Origin: an uncultured Chitinophaga sp.
GTDB taxonomy: Bacteria > Bacteroidota > Bacteroidia > Chitinophagales > LD1
NCBI GenBank assembly: GCA_964423405.1
Contig: CAYREY010000001.1
Location: 86,175 to 150,174 of the forward strand
DNA: 64,000 nt
Direction: 5' to 3'
Shown: piece by piece, positions 35,795 to 44,750 of the stretch
Layout of the letters: every line of letters starts with the position of its first letter
Numbering within the stretch: position 1 is the first letter of the stretch
The notes under the pieces: model-generated
The model's input: only the letters and a program-made list of their open reading frames with translations
Databases searched by the model: none
What the model was told of the DNA's origin: nothing
Made by a program: the position numbers and the translations under genes

Positions 35795-37018
35795 ATGTCG
35801 GAAAAGAAGAAGGATTTTGAAGGCCTGGCCAGTAAATTAGGCCTGCAACCAATGGAGCAACCCAGCATGGTAGCCACACGCAGGGCCAAATTGTTTATTG
35901 GCATCCCCAAAGAACGTAGTTTTCAGGAACACCGGATAGGCTTAACGCCCGAATCGGTAAAAACGCTGGTAGCCAACGGGCACCGCATAGTAATAGAGCG
36001 CGGTGCGGGTATTGAATCGAGTTTTAGCGATAACGATTACTCCGAAGCGGGTGCCGATATATCGGACAGTATACAGGAAGTATTTAGCGCCGACATAGTA
36101 ATTAAAATTGCACCACCGCAACTGGATGAGATAGAGATGCTGCAAAGCGGTGCTACGCTTATATCGCCCATACACCTGCCTACGCTTAAAAAGGAATACA
36201 TACAGATGCTGATGAAAAAGAAAATAACAGCATTGGCGTATGAATATACCAACGACGAGGCCGGTCGTTTTCCGTTTGTACGGGCCATGAGCGAGATAGC
36301 CGGCAATAGTGTAATACTACTGGCTGCCGAATACCTGAGCAATGCTAATGAAGGCAAGGGAATATTACTGGGTGGCATATCGGGTGTACCACCGGCCAAA
36401 GTGGTAATACTGGGTGCCGGAGTGGTAGGTGTATTTGCTGCGCGTGCCGCTATAGGATTGGGTGCATTGGTATCGGTATTTGACAACAACGTATTTAAAC
36501 TGCAACGCCTGCAGGATAAAATAAATGCCCGTGTGTTTACATCTACTATTTCGCCGGGGATACTGGAGCAGGAACTGAAAACTGCCGATGTGGCCATAGG
36601 TGCCATACACAGCAAACAGGGCCGCACACCGGTAATAGTAACCGAAGATATGGTGAGCAAAATGAAACCGGGCAGCGTTCTGATTGATGTTAGTATAGAC
36701 CAGGGTGGCTGCTTCGAAACATCGAAGGTTACCAGCCATGCCGAGCCTACGTTTACCTGCTACGATGTAACCCACTACTGTGTGCCGAATATACCATCGC
36801 GTGTATCGCGTACGGCTTCGCATGCATTTTCAAACATACTTACGCCTATACTGTTACGCTGCGGCGAGTTGAGCGGTATTAAAAACCTGATATACGACGA
36901 CGGTGGCATCCGCAACGGTATTTACCTGTACAAAGGTAACCTTACCAACGAACACCTGTCGAACCGGTTTGGTATAAAAAACAGCAACCTCGATTTGCTG
37001 TTTGCTACTAACCTGTAG
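35795..37018 (+). CDS. ald: Alanine dehydrogenase (AlaDH/PNT family)
   Basis: IGIPKE..EHRIGLTP, VVILGAGVVG, IDVSIDQGGCFETS, HYCVPNIPSRV. Confidence 0.88.
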   Translation: MSEKKKDFEGLASKLGLQPMEQPSMVATRRAKLFIGIPKERSFQEHRIGLTPESVKTLVANGHRIVIERGAGIESSFSDNDYSEAGADISDSIQEVFSADIVIKIAPPQLDEIEMLQSGATLISPIHLPTLKKEYIQMLMKKKITALAYEYTNDEAGRFPFVRAMSEIAGNSVILLAAEYLSNANEGKGILLGGISGVPPAKVVILGAGVVGVFAARAAIGLGALVSVFDNNVFKLQRLQDKINARVFTSTISPGILEQELKTADVAIGAIHSKQGRTPVIVTEDMVSKMKPGSVLIDVSIDQGGCFETSKVTSHAEPTFTCYDVTHYCVPNIPSRVSRTASHAFSNILTPILLRCGELSGIKNLIYDDGGIRNGIYLYKGNLTNEHLSNRFGIKNSNLDLLFATNL

Positions 37019-37169
37019 TTTCATATTCTCGCAGAACGCACAGACAACACAGAAAAAATACATCGCTAATCATTTCGATGTATTCTGTTAAGTATACGGG
37101 CGCTATCATTTCATTCACATTTATTTGTTCCGTATTACGGATTTGACTGTTATTTTCGCGCAAAACAGA

Positions 37170-37544
37170 ATGATGGGAAGCTACGTAGATAATAACCTTA
37201 TACGCGACGAACATGTGGTATACGAAACCAAATACCACTGGAAAATATACTTTACCCTACAGGGTTTGTTTACCCTGTTTATTGTACCGGCGTTAAAGCA
37301 GTGGAGCGATGAGTTTGTGGTAACCAATAAACGTATTATAGTTAAAACGGGCATCTTTTCCCGCCGTACGCTGGAGATGAACCTGAACAAAATAGAGAGT
37401 GTAAATGTTGATCAGGGGATAGTGGGCCGCATGCTTGGCTATGGTACTATTACCATTATAGGCACCGGTGGCACCCGCGAATCGTTTCCGGATATAGCCA
37501 ATGCAGTTGAGTTCCGTAAACGTTTCCAGGAAGTATCTTCGTAA
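37170..37544 (+). CDS. Bacterial PH domain (bPH_2) membrane protein
   Basis: TM then EFVVTNKRIIVKTG..EMNLNKIESVNVDQG..GRMLGYGTITI. Confidence 0.85.
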   Translation: MMGSYVDNNLIRDEHVVYETKYHWKIYFTLQGLFTLFIVPALKQWSDEFVVTNKRIIVKTGIFSRRTLEMNLNKIESVNVDQGIVGRMLGYGTITIIGTGGTRESFPDIANAVEFRKRFQEVSS

Positions 37545-37546
37545 TG

Positions 37547-37641
37547 CGGATTTTGGATTGGGGATTTTGGATTAAATACCAATACAGAGCCTGATATTTT
37601 AGAATTTAGATTTTAGATTTCGGATTAAATACCAATGCAGA
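37547..37641. repeat. Two 42-bp units, each four heptamers (NRGATTT-like) plus anchor AATACCAATRCAGA
   Basis: CGGATTT-TGGATTG-GGGATTT-TGGATTA-AATACCAATACAGA and TAGAATT-TAGATTT-TAGATTT-CGGATTA-AATACCAATGCAGA. Confidence 0.75.
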
Positions 37642-37673
37642 AATAAAGAGTTAATACAGAGTTGGAGTAAGCC

Positions 37674-38084
37674 ATGGGTAAGAAGAAGAAAAATAAGGCA
37701 CAAGCAGGTAACACCAGCGGTATACCGGGTTTCGACCCCGAGTTGCTGCGCCAGTACCTGATGGGTGCTACCAACCCCGGCTTTAGCAACAAAATAGAGA
37801 TGCGCGAAGAAGTAGTAGACCTGCACCTGGAGAAAATAGAAGCAGGCCGCGCCGGCGTACCGGCACAGGATGCCCTTTTTTACCAGATGGATGAATTTGA
37901 AAAGGCACTGGACCGGGCTATTGCAGCCGGTAAAATGGAACTGCGTATAGTGCACGGGCTGGGCAAAGGCAAGCTAAAGGCCGAGATATGCAAATACCTG
38001 GATAAACACCCGCATGTAAGCAGCTACAACCACGATTACAGCACCCGCTACGGGTATGGCAGCACTGTTGTATACTTTTACTGA
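37674..38084 (+). CDS. Smr domain protein
   Basis: VDLHLEKI, LRIVHGLGKGKLK, YGYGST. Confidence 0.9.
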   Translation: MGKKKKNKAQAGNTSGIPGFDPELLRQYLMGATNPGFSNKIEMREEVVDLHLEKIEAGRAGVPAQDALFYQMDEFEKALDRAIAAGKMELRIVHGLGKGKLKAEICKYLDKHPHVSSYNHDYSTRYGYGSTVVYFY

Positions 38085-38136
38085 CAGTAAACATTTTAGT
38101 GTGCAAGCGGGTGGATAACCCTGATTTACTATGGCG

Positions 38137-38144
38137 TACCTTTG
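38137..38144 (+). promoter_or_regulatory. Candidate sigmaA -7 element (TACCTTTG)
   Basis: TAnnTTTG consensus 17 bp before ATG 38162. Confidence 0.5.
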
Positions 38145-38161
38145 TGGATAAATAAGAAACC

Positions 38162-38563
38162 ATGAAGAAAGTACTTAAAGCCATGAGCTGCGTGATGATG
38201 CTGACCCTTTTTGCAACCGTAGCTTCGGCGCAAAATGAAGTAGCAGTGAATGTACCTAAAGCCACCGCTATAGTAGAAAACCCCACCGCCCCTGCTGCCA
38301 ACACGGCCAGTAAAGAAGTAACCATAGTATTGCGCAACGGTGCCGAAAAATCGGTAGCGGTGTTTGCCGGCCCTAAAGACCAGCTGAAAGAACCTAAGAT
38401 TACCGTAGTAGGTGGCCTTAGCAAAAACAACCTGTACCTGAAAGAAAATGATGCCGTTTGCTTAATGACCGTTGACAAACGCCCCGTAGCCTGCACCATT
38501 ATTAAACCCGGTGTAACTACCGTAGAGGTTAACGCCTCAGCCAATGGCATTACCAGCAAATAA
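38162..38563 (+). CDS. Secreted protein of unknown function
   Basis: Signal peptide ending ASA-Q, Ala/Pro/Thr linker, small beta domain with two Cys. Confidence 0.75.
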   Translation: MKKVLKAMSCVMMLTLFATVASAQNEVAVNVPKATAIVENPTAPAANTASKEVTIVLRNGAEKSVAVFAGPKDQLKEPKITVVGGLSKNNLYLKENDAVCLMTVDKRPVACTIIKPGVTTVEVNASANGITSK

Positions 38564-38596
38564 GCTGCTATAACTTTTTTAGTTTTTGTGTATGAA

Positions 38597-38626
38597 TAAA
38601 ATAGCCGGGAGGAACCCGGCTATTTT
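38597..38626. terminator. Bidirectional intrinsic terminator overlapping the DUF1801 stop codon
   Basis: AAAATAGCCGGG-aggaa-CCCGGCTATTTT. Confidence 0.8.
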
Positions 38627-39018
38627 ATTTTACGTTTGGCCTTAGCGGCTTTCTTTTTCAGCGCTTTAGCTTCGTTCTCTTTTACCCTGAACTTTACGAT
38701 ATCGGCAATCAGCTTTAGCGGCAGCTTTTGGCTTAAGGGAAACTGTATGGTGCCTTTGCTGGTGTTATACTTTGCCAGCTTATCGCTAAAGCAACTTACA
38801 CCAACCGATGCAGGATAAAAACCGATATGTTCTTTCCATGCAGCAAAATACACCAGTATTCCGTTTTGCTTATAGGCAGGCATCTGGTAGCTGATTACTT
38901 CCTCGGCATTGGGGGCTGCTTTTTTAATAGTCTGCCTTAATTGCTGTAACACAGGCTGCACTGCCGCAGGTTGCGTAGCTATATAACTATCTACATTTAG
39001 TGGCGCTTCTGCTTTCAT
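38620..39018 (-). CDS. DUF1801 (YdhG-like) protein
   Basis: VDSYIA..LQQLRQTIKKAAPNAEEVISYQMPAY..HIGFYP..SKGTIQFP. Confidence 0.9.
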   Translation of the reverse strand: MKAEAPLNVDSYIATQPAAVQPVLQQLRQTIKKAAPNAEEVISYQMPAYKQNGILVYFAAWKEHIGFYPASVGVSCFSDKLAKYNTSKGTIQFPLSQKLPLKLIADIVKFRVKENEAKALKKKAAKAKRKIK

Positions 39019-39039
39019 AATATCGTAGTGGCTACTTCC

Positions 39040-39570
39040 CTATTTCTCCAGTACGTTTTTCAGGTTGCTTAATCCGGCCAGCATATCTTTACCCAGCATG
39101 TTTTTAAACACCGGTGTAAGTATGCTAAAAGGAAACTGCGTAGGCCCCTCAAAAACCCAGGTAACCGTACTTTGGTTGCCGGTAGCAGTTACACGCATAA
39201 TGGTAGTAGCGGTGTTTTTCATCGGACGTTCAAAGCGCAACTGACAGGTTATACTTTCGCTTTGCTTAATGGCGGTAATTTCCTGCGCACCGGCACCGGT
39301 GTTTTTGTTATCGCTATCCCAGGTGTAAATAAAACCAACTGTACCATCGGTACCGGTAGTAGTTACGCGTTTATTAGGGTCGCTCATATTCCATACACTA
39401 TAACTATCCTGATTGCGGATAAGTTTTATGTATTCGAACACAGCATTGGCTGGTCGGTTAATAACTATGCTTTGCTCTATCTGCATCTGTTTGGGAGCCA
39501 ACAAAGCTGCAATAATCACTATAGCAAGTATTACTGCAGCAATTATTAGTATTAGGGCTAATGTGCTCAT
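39040..39570 (-). CDS. SRPBCC (polyketide cyclase-like) family protein, N-terminal anchor
   Basis: IEQSIVINRPANAVFEYI..WNMSDPN..GTVGFIYTWDS..LSNLKNVLE. Confidence 0.88.
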   Translation of the reverse strand: MSTLALILIIAAVILAIVIIAALLAPKQMQIEQSIVINRPANAVFEYIKLIRNQDSYSVWNMSDPNKRVTTTGTDGTVGFIYTWDSDNKNTGAGAQEITAIKQSESITCQLRFERPMKNTATTIMRVTATGNQSTVTWVFEGPTQFPFSILTPVFKNMLGKDMLAGLSNLKNVLEK

Positions 39571-39573
39571 GTG

Positions 39574-39999
39574 TTATTTGTTTATGTGTTGTGCTTCGTC
39601 GTAATGCAGCAGCCATTGCTGGCCGTATTTATCTATCAGGTCGCCGAACAGGGCTCCCCAAAAGCTAATCTCCAGCGTATGGGTGGCACGTCCGCCGGCA
39701 ACAAGCGCAGCATAGTAACGGCGTATATCCTCCTCGCTACTGCAATCAAGCATCAGCGATACATTATTGCCTTTGGTTAATCCATCATCACCAATCATAT
39801 CGCTGCCCATTAATACCAGGTTGCCATTGCTAAGCCTGCTATGCAATATAAGGTCTTTCATTTGCGGCGGTAGCTTATCGGCTAACGGCGATTCGCCAAC
39901 GGTTTGTAACTGCAACTCTCCCCCCAGGCATTGCTGATAAAAAGCCATCGCCTCGCGGCAGTTGCCATTAAAAGTAAGGTACGATTGTATGGTGGGCAT
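39574..39999 (-). CDS. VOC family protein (PhnB-like)
   Basis: YLTFNGNCREAMAFY, ILHSRL, LMGSD, FWGALFGDLIDKYG. Confidence 0.9.
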   Translation of the reverse strand: MPTIQSYLTFNGNCREAMAFYQQCLGGELQLQTVGESPLADKLPPQMKDLILHSRLSNGNLVLMGSDMIGDDGLTKGNNVSLMLDCSSEEDIRRYYAALVAGGRATHTLEISFWGALFGDLIDKYGQQWLLHYDEAQHINK

Positions 40000-40000
40000 G

Positions 40001-40477
40001 TTATGCTTTTAAAAGAGTTTCTATATCCAGCTTTTTCATTTTTAAGAAAGCAGCTGTAACATGTGGTGCTTTCACAGGGTCGCTCATTAGCTGGCTTAGT
40101 ACTTCGGGTACTATTTGCCAGGTTAAACCAAATTTATCGGTTAACCAGCCGCATTGCACCTCCTCTCCGCCTTCGGTTAACCGGCTCCAGAAATGATCTA
40201 TTTCTGCCTGGTCTTTACACATTACCTGTAGCGATGCCGCCCAGTTAAACTTAACACCCGGAGGGGCAGCATTGAGTGCGGTAAACTCAAGCCCATCTAA
40301 TGTAAACTGTACGGCCATTACACTACCTACAGGCTGCTGGTGTAGTTCCAGCCCCTCTTTACTATACCTGTTTATATTACCTATAGATGAGTTTTTGAAA
40401 ATGGAAGTATAAAACTGTGCAGCTTCTTCTGCCCCGTTTTCGAACCACAGGCAGGGTACTATTTTATTTGTAATCAT
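40001..40477 (-). CDS. VOC family protein (3-demethylubiquinone-9 3-methyltransferase-like/PhnB)
   Basis: IVPCLWF..AEEAAQFY, QCGWLTDKFGLTWQIVP, MKKLDI. Confidence 0.9.
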   Translation of the reverse strand: MITNKIVPCLWFENGAEEAAQFYTSIFKNSSIGNINRYSKEGLELHQQPVGSVMAVQFTLDGLEFTALNAAPPGVKFNWAASLQVMCKDQAEIDHFWSRLTEGGEEVQCGWLTDKFGLTWQIVPEVLSQLMSDPVKAPHVTAAFLKMKKLDIETLLKA

Positions 40478-40547
40478 TGTTATTGTGTTTAGGTTAAATA
40501 CAGAGCTTGTATAACTATTGTATTCTTTGCTTGCTTAACATTGCAGA

Positions 40548-40970
40548 CTAATTCTGCTCCACGTATTTCTTAAAGTTATCCAGTATAGCTTGCCAGCCTG
40601 CGCGCTGCATCTCTACGGGGTTCTGGTTCTCAGCATCAAAGGTTTCGGTTACAGTAGTGTTGCTACCGTTGCTTTCGAACACTACGCGCACTTTGCGATT
40701 ATCGCCCAACGTATAAGCTATTACTTTATGTATTTCTACCTCATCGTACACACCGCCAAAATCGAAACCAAAGCTGCCATCTTTAGCTTCCATGCGACTG
40801 CTGAACGAACCACCTATACGCAAATCGTTTTCGGCACGCGGGGTGTGCCAATCGGGGCTGGCGTTATTCCAGTTCATAATATCGGCCGGGGTGGTCCATT
40901 GTTTCCATACTTTATCTACCGGTGCATTAATTACTGCGCTGATAGTTACCTGTGGTGTTGCGTTTTCCAT
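40548..40970 (-). CDS. SRPBCC/AHSA1 family protein
   Basis: WNNASPDWHTPRAENDLRIGG, GFDFGG, QRAGWQAILDNFK. Confidence 0.9.
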   Translation of the reverse strand: MENATPQVTISAVINAPVDKVWKQWTTPADIMNWNNASPDWHTPRAENDLRIGGSFSSRMEAKDGSFGFDFGGVYDEVEIHKVIAYTLGDNRKVRVVFESNGSNTTVTETFDAENQNPVEMQRAGWQAILDNFKKYVEQN

Positions 40971-41102
40971 TGTTTGTTGTTTTAGGGGGATGTAATAATT
41001 AGTTAATGACGCAAATATGATACCTATTAATTAGTTGTGTAATGCGCAAAAACGACATACTGAGGGGTTGATTGCGACAGATACTACGTTTATATTCACC
41101 CT

Positions 41103-42080
41103 ATGAAAAATGTATCGATACTGGTGCCCGAGACGGCGGTAATAGAGGCTATAGCCGACCCACACTATATGTTTAAGGCTGTAAACCAGTTTCTTATATC
41201 GCAAGGCAAGCAACCGCTGTTTAATGTGCAACTGGTGGGGCTAACCCGCGAAGTAAAGCTGGAGAACAGTCTTTACTCGGTACATACCGAAAAGCTGATT
41301 GATGAGGTGGATAAGGCGGATATGATATTTATACCGGCCATTAGCGGCGATATACCCACCGCCTTAAAGCTGAATAAAGATTTTGTGCCCTGGCTGAGAA
41401 ATCAATACGAGGCCGGTGCCGAACTGGCATCGTTGTGCATTGGTTCGTTTCTGCTGGCCTCTACCGGTTTGCTGAACGGCAAGAAATGTTCTTCGCACTG
41501 GAATTCATCTACCGAGTTTAGAAATATGTTTCCGGATGTTGAGTTGATAGATGGCAGTATTATAACCGAAGACCAGGGCATATACAGCAGCGGTGGCGCA
41601 AATTCGTACTGGAGCTTGCTATTGTACCTGGTAGAAAAATACACCGACCGCGATACGGCCATACTGGCATCGAAATTTTTTGCTGTGGATATAGACCGCG
41701 ATAGCCAGGCGCAGTTTATGATGTTTAAAGGCCTGAAAGAACACAGCGATACCGATATACTTAAAGTACAGGAGTATATAGAAGAACACTATGCCGATAA
41801 AATACCGGTAGAAGAACTGGCCGATAAACATGCCATTGGCCGACGTAGTATAGAGCGGCGTTTTAAAAAAGCTACCGGCCATACCATAGTTGAGTACATA
41901 CAGCGTGTAAAGATTGAAGCCGCCAAACGCAGTTTTGAATCGAGCCGCAAAAACATTAACGAAGTAATGTACGATGTGGGCTATACCGACACGAAGGCAT
42001 TCCGCCAGTTGTTTAAAAAAATTACCGGGCTAACGCCCATAGAGTACCGCAATAAATACAACAAGCAGGCGATGGGCTAA
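41103..42080 (+). CDS. GlxA-family transcriptional regulator (DJ-1/PfpI plus AraC HTH)
   Basis: SLCIGSFLLASTGLLNGK, SSGGANS, RRSIERRFKK, VGYTDTKAFRQLFKKITGLTPIEYR. Confidence 0.94.
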   Translation: MKNVSILVPETAVIEAIADPHYMFKAVNQFLISQGKQPLFNVQLVGLTREVKLENSLYSVHTEKLIDEVDKADMIFIPAISGDIPTALKLNKDFVPWLRNQYEAGAELASLCIGSFLLASTGLLNGKKCSSHWNSSTEFRNMFPDVELIDGSIITEDQGIYSSGGANSYWSLLLYLVEKYTDRDTAILASKFFAVDIDRDSQAQFMMFKGLKEHSDTDILKVQEYIEEHYADKIPVEELADKHAIGRRSIERRFKKATGHTIVEYIQRVKIEAAKRSFESSRKNINEVMYDVGYTDTKAFRQLFKKITGLTPIEYRNKYNKQAMG

Positions 42081-42092
42081 TATGCACTACTA

Positions 42093-43247
42093 TTAATGCT
42101 GTACACGTGCTTTTAGCTGTTTAAGTACCTCTTCAACAATTACAGCCAGGTCTTCGGTATGGTCGTCGTTAACGGTGTTAAGGCTATGGTGCCCAAGCCG
42201 CACTATTACTGCATTGTAATCGGGTATAGAAATAATATACTGACCCAATATACCCCACTGAAAAAACACGCGGGTACCACCCGAATTATACAACCAGAAC
42301 GAATATCCGTAATACGGAGCCAGTGTTGGCGCTGTAGCCATTTTTACAAACGATGAATCGAGAATCTGAGTGCCATTCCAGTTGCCCTGATGCAACATTA
42401 GTTTACCAAAGCGGGCAAAATCGCGGGCATTGCTGTTAAAGCAGCAGTAAGCCATTTCCACACCTTTTTCGTCGGTATGCCAGTAGGCATCATTCTCTGC
42501 CTGCATAGGCTGCCACAGCCACTCAGATGATAGCTGCGATAACGATTTACCAGTGGCTTTAATAAGGCACATACCCAATAACTGTGTAGAGCCACTCTGA
42601 TAATTGAAGAACTTGCCGGGTTTATCTTTTATGGGCAGGTCTATCATTAGCTTATCTATATCGTTACCATAATAGGCCTCGGCTGTAACGCAAAACGGGT
42701 TGGTATATGCTTCATCCCAATCCAGCCCCGAGCTCATAGTACTTAAGTGCCATAACTCAAGTTCATCGGCGTAAGGGCCTTTAAGGCCGGGCAGCAATGT
42801 TTTTACTTTCTGGTTCCAGCCCTTTAGCGCGCCTTTTTGTATAGCTACCTGTGCCAGCAGCGTGGTAATACTTTTAGCCATAGAAAATGAGTTGGAGTGC
42901 GAACTATCGCTATAGCTATCCCAGTAATGCTCGGTCAATATACTATCGTTTTGCACCACCAGCAGTGCCACGCTTTCGGTTTGTTTAAGTACGGCCTGTA
43001 GTCTATCTGATAACGGAGCCTTATTATAATCGTTGTGTAGTGGCCAGCTTTGTTTAGCCGGTCCGGCTGCCGGTATGGGATTGGTTTTGAAAAACTGTGC
43101 ATCGTCTATTGATGCTGAGTTGGTACCATGCAGGTACGAGGCACGAAGGCCTTTAAGCAGGTAACCGTTACCGGTTACCACTGCCAATAACACCAACAGG
43201 CAAAGCGTAACAACTATGCCTGCCAATACTTTCACTAACTTTTTCAT
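42093..43247 (-). CDS. Serine hydrolase, beta-lactamase/transpeptidase-like family
   Basis: SFSMAKS (SxxK), FNYQSG (YxS), N-terminal membrane anchor; start moved to ATG 43247. Confidence 0.88.
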   Translation of the reverse strand: MKKLVKVLAGIVVTLCLLVLLAVVTGNGYLLKGLRASYLHGTNSASIDDAQFFKTNPIPAAGPAKQSWPLHNDYNKAPLSDRLQAVLKQTESVALLVVQNDSILTEHYWDSYSDSSHSNSFSMAKSITTLLAQVAIQKGALKGWNQKVKTLLPGLKGPYADELELWHLSTMSSGLDWDEAYTNPFCVTAEAYYGNDIDKLMIDLPIKDKPGKFFNYQSGSTQLLGMCLIKATGKSLSQLSSEWLWQPMQAENDAYWHTDEKGVEMAYCCFNSNARDFARFGKLMLHQGNWNGTQILDSSFVKMATAPTLAPYYGYSFWLYNSGGTRVFFQWGILGQYIISIPDYNAVIVRLGHHSLNTVNDDHTEDLAVIVEEVLKQLKARVQH

Positions 43248-43310
43248 GGTGGGTAGATTGATTACCAAATGTAACCAAACCACCTGTTTGTTCAAACCTT
43301 TAGCCGTTTG

Positions 43311-44051
43311 CTATTTAACCCGCTTTGCTACTACCAGCCAGTCCCACGGGCAGGGTGCTGTAAGCCATTTAGGAGGATTGTTGAACTCAGTAGCCCAGGT
43401 ATATTCTACCTTTTGCGCCTCTACCACTTCAAAGCCAGAGTGCTGTAACATAAAATACAACTCCTCTTTCAGGTAATGTTTGGTAGGTGTAGTATCCAAA
43501 TGTATAATACCAGCAAAAGGGTCGCCTTGTTTCATAGCTTCCTTGCTCACTTTTTTACCAGCCTTGCGGTCGCGCTCGTTCCATTGGGTAAGTATAAACT
43601 CGCTGTACAAGGCCGACTCCAGCGCTGGTACTACCAGCACCAGGTAACCGTTCTTGGCTACTGCTTTAATTACAGTTTCGTAAGCGGCGTTTCGGCTTTT
43701 GCTATTAGGCGTTAGCAGGGTATTGATACATACCACCATATCGGCAGTAAGTTTGGTTTTTAGTTTACCCAGGTCGGCATGTATATACTCTATATTGGGC
43801 AGGTGCATATTTTTCTCCTGTGCCAGGTTGATATAATGACGGGCAATATCTACCGCATATACTTTTTTAAATGCGCCCGACAACATAGGCAGCCAGTTGC
43901 CAATGGCACAACCTAAATCCATAGCAGTTTTATCGGGCGAGGCATACTTCAATATGTTTTTATGAATTACCTGCTGACGGTCGTTACTGTATACATCAAA
44001 AATTTTATCGTCGTGCACCAGTGCTACATCTTCCCAATATTTCCTGTCCAT
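43311..44051 (-). CDS. Class I SAM-dependent methyltransferase
   Basis: MDLGCAIG motif I, VYAVDIA, IHADL. Confidence 0.85.
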   Translation of the reverse strand: MDRKYWEDVALVHDDKIFDVYSNDRQQVIHKNILKYASPDKTAMDLGCAIGNWLPMLSGAFKKVYAVDIARHYINLAQEKNMHLPNIEYIHADLGKLKTKLTADMVVCINTLLTPNSKSRNAAYETVIKAVAKNGYLVLVVPALESALYSEFILTQWNERDRKAGKKVSKEAMKQGDPFAGIIHLDTTPTKHYLKEELYFMLQHSGFEVVEAQKVEYTWATEFNNPPKWLTAPCPWDWLVVAKRVK

Positions 44052-44216
44052 AGTTTTTTGTTTACCTGCAATAAAGCAGTAAATACATTAGCTGCGAAAT
44101 GATTTTTTCAACAAGCCACACCGCTTAATGACATAAATCCCCCAAACAGGTGATAACTGTTAGTTGTGTATGCCCGTTTAGTTAACTACATTCGTAATAT
44201 CAAAAAACAACAAGAC

Positions 44217-44684
44217 ATGAAAAAACTATTGAGCATTTTATTCGTAGCTTTTGCATTTGCAGCGTTTGCGCAGGAGACCACCGAGCAATACGATAAAATA
44301 GAAAAGTTTAACCAGGGCGTAGCCTTAGTATGGAAAAACGGTAAATGCGGCCTAATTAACCAGGACGGCAAAGTGATTATTAAACCGCAATACGATAAGA
44401 TATCGGGCTTTGGCCGCGATGGAATAGCCTACACTACCAAAAAGGGATTGATGGGCCTGATAAACATGACCGGTAAGGTGATAGTGGACAATATATATGG
44501 CGACATTGGCCGCTTTAATGGCTTTTGGGCTATAACCCGTAAAAATGGTTTGGCCGGCATGATAAACAAACAGGGCAAGGTGCTGATTGAAAACAAATAC
44601 GAAACCATACGTGTAGAGAAAGGTGGCATTATACGCGCGGTGATAGAAGGTAAAGAAGTAATACTAAACCTGAAAGACGAATAA
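44217..44684 (+). CDS. WG-repeat secreted protein
   Basis: Repeats GKCGLINQDGKVII, GLMGLINMTGKVIV, GLAGMINKQGKVLI; start moved to ATG 44217. Confidence 0.88.
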   Translation: MKKLLSILFVAFAFAAFAQETTEQYDKIEKFNQGVALVWKNGKCGLINQDGKVIIKPQYDKISGFGRDGIAYTTKKGLMGLINMTGKVIVDNIYGDIGRFNGFWAITRKNGLAGMINKQGKVLIENKYETIRVEKGGIIRAVIEGKEVILNLKDE

Positions 44685-44702
44685 TAGTTCGATACTACCT
44701 AT

Positions 44703-44742
44703 AAAACAAAAACCCGCAACCATGGTTGCGGGTTTTTGTTTT
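44703..44742. terminator. Bidirectional intrinsic terminator
   Basis: AAAACAAAAACCCGCAACC-at-GGTTGCGGGTTTTTGTTTT. Confidence 0.92.
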
Positions 44743-44750
44743 ATGGTATA

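Noticed and set aside
35795-37018. Alanine dehydrogenase possibly catalytically dead or divergent
   Set aside because: Equivalents of the catalytic Lys (VIKIAP), His (PIHLP) and Asp (SIDQGG) are retained
42093-43247. Calling the serine hydrolase an antibiotic-resistance beta-lactamase
   Set aside because: SxxK/YxS fits the broad esterase/amidase family; nothing specific to class C enzymes, and the membrane-anchored form is common in Bacteroidota
43311-44051. SAM methyltransferase as the aryl-polyene ring methylase
   Set aside because: Separated from the cluster by a bidirectional terminator and an oppositely oriented WG-repeat gene; no evidence of linkage
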